Positions 63,767-64,000 of a stretch of 64,000 nt of DNA are shown piece after piece. A program made the translations under genes and the position numbers. The stretch covers positions 1,364,001 through 1,428,000 of the forward strand of contig JAWMAR010000392.1 in the NCBI GenBank assembly GCA_036785375.1. The letters run 5' to 3'. The DNA comes from Leucoraja ocellata. Its lineage: Eukaryota. Position 1 is the stretch's first letter. Each line of letters starts with the position of its first letter. The notes under the pieces are model-generated. The model had not been told where the DNA came from. It made no database searches and saw nothing but the letters and a program-made list of their open reading frames with translations.

Positions 63767-64000
63767 ATTCATAACTCGTCAGTGCAAAAAGTTGCACACT
63801 AATTAATTAAGCTAATTAACAGATCTTCTATCTATACTGATGTAAAAGCTCAGTGGTATCAAATAAAATAATATTCATGACAAAGTTAATATGTCAAGGA
63901 ACCATCTACTCTTCATCTGAATCTTCTTCATCAGATTCCAACTCTTTTGTAGTGAGTGAGTTTCTGCTGTCAACAAACTTACATAATTCAGTACATGGCA

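Overview
Vertebrate genomic DNA, most likely a cartilaginous fish (inferred from HE1/V-SINE-like SINEs, HER1/CR1-type LINEs and the class I sequence), and mostly transposon-derived. One host gene can be reconstructed: the 3' part of an MHC class I heavy-chain gene on the + strand. Its exons are the alpha1 end (<1-100), alpha2 (2436-2711), alpha3 (11798-12074), TM (17357-17488) and two cytoplasmic exons (20867-20896, 22290-22411), with GT-AG splice sites and phase-1 junctions. It keeps most classical peptide-anchoring residues but has a divergent, basic groove and a long tail with a CC motif and a dileucine-like motif (DKEKML). The alpha3 exon carries a 1-nt insertion (real or assembly error). 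The stop codon is the UGA of a hammerhead-ribozyme core in a Penelope-derived repeat. The rest is about 45 5'-truncated copies of two young CR1 families, plus Penelope (GIY-YIG, hammerhead) fragments, Rex1/Babar, L2, L1, Tx1 and RTE pieces, a DIRS 5' half, two solo LTRs, a Helitron, hAT/Harbinger/P-like MITEs, SINEs and GC-rich non-coding retroelements with shared hairpins. There is a 200-N gap at 60825-61024. Repeat boundaries without TSDs are approximate, and only representative copies are listed.
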